This document shows positions 61,228-64,000 of a stretch of 64,000 nt of DNA, in pieces; within the stretch, counting starts at the first letter, position 1, and every line of letters starts with the position of its first letter. The notes beneath the pieces are model-generated. The model had not been told where the DNA came from. It did not search any database and saw only the letters and a program-made list of their open reading frames with translations. This stretch comes from Nitrospirota bacterium. GTDB lineage: Bacteria; Nitrospirota; UBA9217. The translations under genes and the position numbers were made by a program. Location of the stretch: positions 96,001 through 160,000 of the forward strand of contig CAWBNQ010000003.1 of assembly GCA_963790205.1 (NCBI GenBank), written 5' to 3'.

Positions 61228-61380
61228 CAGGGAAGCGCAGTGACCGCGGAACATACAAACTAAAATCTCGCGTACGAATGACGCATGCAAAATACGAAAT
61301 ACTATTTATTGCCATAAGTCCCAACCCTTCCATGAACCCGCTCATGCCGCGTCAATAGGCAATCAAATATATTTCACGTA

Positions 61381-61725
61381 TTACTCGTTCCTCTTGATAT
61401 ACTCTCCGAGAATCCCCCTGCTGTGCTCGTCTTCATGACAATAAATGCAGAGGTTCTCCCAGTTTGATCCGTCCGGTGGATTGTTGTTGTGGTCCCCGTC
61501 CTTATGGTGCACCGTAAGGAGGTTCCGGTTCATGGAATCGAATTCCCTTCCGCACTTGGCGCAGATCAGGCCGTGGATCCTGAGGGACTGCTCCCGGTAG
61601 TCGGCATTGGCCGCGGACAGCCCCTTCAGTTCCCGGACGATCTCTTCTGCGCTTTTCCCCTCGGCCGGCATGTGCGGCTGGGGTCTTCTGATCTTTATCC
61701 GTTGCCTGTTTCCCAAGGTATCCAC
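61381..61725 (-). CDS. YajD family HNH nuclease
   Basis: YREQSL...CAKCGREF...LTVHHKDGDHNNNPPDGSNWENLCIYCHEDEH. Confidence 0.9.
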   Translation of the reverse strand: MDTLGNRQRIKIRRPQPHMPAEGKSAEEIVRELKGLSAANADYREQSLRIHGLICAKCGREFDSMNRNLLTVHHKDGDHNNNPPDGSNWENLCIYCHEDEHSRGILGEYIKRNE

Positions 61726-61841
61726 CTCCCCGTATCACTTCAATTTATAGTATAGACATTCCTATGAACCATGTACACTGTCTTTTTAACCCAAACAGCC
61801 CAGCCCTTGAAAAAAACAACAATCCGTGTATACTTTCCTCC

Positions 61842-62207
61842 ATGAAAACCAAAAAGAACTTGATCATCGTCGGAGATCGCGTCCTTATCGACCCTGACGA
61901 GCGAATGGATAAGACCCCCTCGGGACTCTATCTTCCCCCCACGGTCAAGGAAAAGGAAAAGATCCTGGGAGGGCATGTCGTGAAAACGGGCCCCGGGTAT
62001 GCGATCCCGGAGACGACGCCGGATGAAGCCTGGAAATCCGGCAAGAAGGACGTGAAATACGTACCGCTGCAGGCGTCGGACGGCGATTACGCCATATTCC
62101 TCAAAGACGCTGCGATGGAGATCGAATTCGAGGACAAGAAGTACCTCATTGTTCCCCATTCCGCGATCCTCGCGCTGGTCCGCACGGAACTATCCGAGGA
62201 TACCTGA
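61842..62207 (+). CDS. GroES/Cpn10 family co-chaperone (stand-alone)
   Basis: GDRVLI, KTPSGLYLP, VKTGPG, YLIV...IL; no groEL adjacent. Confidence 0.85.
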   Translation: MKTKKNLIIVGDRVLIDPDERMDKTPSGLYLPPTVKEKEKILGGHVVKTGPGYAIPETTPDEAWKSGKKDVKYVPLQASDGDYAIFLKDAAMEIEFEDKKYLIVPHSAILALVRTELSEDT

Positions 62208-62432
62208 CGCGTCCCTTGTTCGCGCACTGACGCTCCAAACCGGCCAGCGCTGCATGCTTTCGGGCAAATCCGTATCATGGAAAATTGTGCTAAAATGTAA
62301 ATAGAGACAAGCACATAGAAGTCGCACGGGGACCGCAAGTCTCTCAATATACGGGACAAATTATATCTAGATTGACCGTTGCCGGTCCGCTTTTTGAGCG
62401 TCACCAGCATTCAAGGGGAGAGATTGAAAAAC

Positions 62433-64000
62433 ATGCCGAAAAATCTGACGCACAAGATCCTTGAGGGCCACTTGGTCGAAGGGGAGCTCATCCCCGGCAA
62501 AGAGATCGGGGTCAGGATCGACCATACCCTTTTGCAGGACGCAACCGGAACGCTCGCCATGCTGGAGTTTGAATCGCTCGGGCTCGAGACGGTAAAGGCA
62601 GAGCTGGCCGCCCAGTACGTGGACCACAATCTTCTCCAGACGGACAACAAGAATGCCGACGACCACAAGTTTCTCCAGACGGCCGCGGCCCGGTATGGGG
62701 TCCATTTCAGCAAACCGGGCAACGGTGTTTCGCACCAGGTGCACATGGAGCGCTTCGGCGTTCCGGGCAAGACGCTCCTGGGTTCCGACAGCCACACGCC
62801 GGGAGCGGCAGGCGTGTCCATGCTCGGCATCGGGGCAGGCGGTCTCGACGTGGCTCTGGCCATGGCCGGGTATCCGTATCATCTTCCCTGTCCCAAAGTG
62901 CTCGGCGTCAAGCTCACGGGCAAGCTCCCCGACTGGGTGAGCGCCAAGGACGTGATCCTCGAGATGCTCCGCCGTTATGACGTCAAAGGCTGTGTCGGAA
63001 AGATCGTCGAATATTACGGCCCGGGAGTAAAGACCCTTTCGGCGACCGATCGCGAGACTATCGGCAACATGGGTACCGAGACCGGGGCCACGACCTCCCT
63101 ATTCCCCTCCGACGAGAGGACGCGGGAGTATCTGATCGGGCAGGGACGGGGCGACGCCTGGGTCGCGCTTGCCGCGGACGAGGGCGCGACGTACGACGAG
63201 TATGCCGAGATAGACCTCTCGAAGCTCGAGCCGCTCATTGCCAAGCCGTCATCGCCCGGGAATGTGGTCCCGGTGCGCGAGGTGGCGGGGACCAAGGTAG
63301 ACCAGGCCATCGTGGGTAGCAGCGTGAATTCATCGTTTCGGGACCTCATGATCTCGGCAAAGATGCTTGAGGGCAGACACGTTCATCCCGACACGTCGTT
63401 CCACGTGAACCCCGGAAGCCGCCAGGTGCTCGAGAACGTGTATCAGGCAGGCGGACTCCTTGCATTCCTCACCTCGGGCACACGCGTGCATGAACCCGGG
63501 TGCCAGGGCTGCATCGGCATGGGCCAGGCGCCGGGCACGGGAGAAGTGAGCCTTCGCACGTTCCCGCGGAACTTCCCGGGAAGAAGCGGGACCAAGGACG
63601 ACAAGGTCTACCTCTGTTCGCCTGAGACGGCCACAGCGGCTGCTTTAAAGGGAGTGATCATCGATCCGCGGGACCTGTCCAGGGAAATGAAGTATCCGCA
63701 TATCGACGATCCGAAACAATACCTCATCGACGAAAAATCCCTCATCTTCCCGTCTGAGAAACTCAGAAAGACCACGGTCGTGCGCGGCCCGAACATCAGA
63801 CCACTACCGAAGCTCGAACCCCTTCCGGACACGCTCCAGGCTGAGGTGGTGCTCAAGGTCGGGGACAACATGTCCACGGACGGGATCATGCCGGCTGGCA
63901 ACCGCGTGCTTCCGTTCCGCTCCAATATCGAGGCGCTCAGTGAGTTCGTGTTTTCCCAGATCGATCCCGATTTCGCAAAGAATTGCAAGGCGAAAGGAAC
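62433..64000 (+). CDS. Aconitate hydratase (short type), 3'-partial
   Basis: Read directly from sequence: MPKNLTHKIL, QDATGT, YVDHN, GNGVSHQ, GSDSHT, GSSVN, CQGCIGMG, RTFPRNFPGRSG, STD; absent from the ORF track because it has no stop in the window. Confidence 0.92.
   Translation, partial: MPKNLTHKILEGHLVEGELIPGKEIGVRIDHTLLQDATGTLAMLEFESLGLETVKAELAAQYVDHNLLQTDNKNADDHKFLQTAAARYGVHFSKPGNGVSHQVHMERFGVPGKTLLGSDSHTPGAAGVSMLGIGAGGLDVALAMAGYPYHLPCPKVLGVKLTGKLPDWVSAKDVILEMLRRYDVKGCVGKIVEYYGPGVKTLSATDRETIGNMGTETGATTSLFPSDERTREYLIGQGRGDAWVALAADEGATYDEYAEIDLSKLEPLIAKPSSPGNVVPVREVAGTKVDQAIVGSSVNSSFRDLMISAKMLEGRHVHPDTSFHVNPGSRQVLENVYQAGGLLAFLTSGTRVHEPGCQGCIGMGQAPGTGEVSLRTFPRNFPGRSGTKDDKVYLCSPETATAAALKGVIIDPRDLSREMKYPHIDDPKQYLIDEKSLIFPSEKLRKTTVVRGPNIRPLPKLEPLPDTLQAEVVLKVGDNMSTDGIMPAGNRVLPFRSNIEALSEFVFSQIDPDFAKNCKAKG

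Noticed and set aside
61381..61725. HNH gene as a mobile or defence nuclease
   Set aside because: Matches the conserved chromosomal YajD-type pattern; no mobile context.

Overview
GC-rich bacterial chromosome segment. Gene content and order (TPR-lolB-like-ispE-spoVG-tRNA-Gln-prs-rplY-pth-ychF; two-subunit pyruvate carboxylase, sdhCAB, fumC, malic enzyme, gdh, aconitase) suggest a Nitrospirota/Desulfobacterota-like organism; this is inference only. Most of the window is housekeeping and central carbon metabolism, plus a liv-type ABC transporter, polX, an MBOAT pair and an AbrB-VapC toxin-antitoxin pair. An accessory island at about 25.6-37.8 kb, visibly AT-richer at 26.1-33.1 kb, holds three modules: (i) an Mrr-like nuclease-STAND NTPase gene translationally coupled to an RxxxxH HEPN-like gene; (ii) a DUF488-DUF488-dual-OB-like trio; (iii) three diverged copies of a DsbA/YjbH-like gene. 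The first two DsbA-like copies are cut off exactly where a copy of the left end of the adjacent HUH (Y1/RAYT-like) transposase element begins. That element is bounded by perfect 23-bp inverted repeats. This IR-delimited, cassette-like array is the best candidate for an undescribed system. Also seen: a solitary attC-like site, a promoter inside ispE, several apparently leaderless genes, a PilT with a duplicated N-domain, and many different palindromic or short-period repeats at operon junctions. Family calls come from motif recognition, not database searches.
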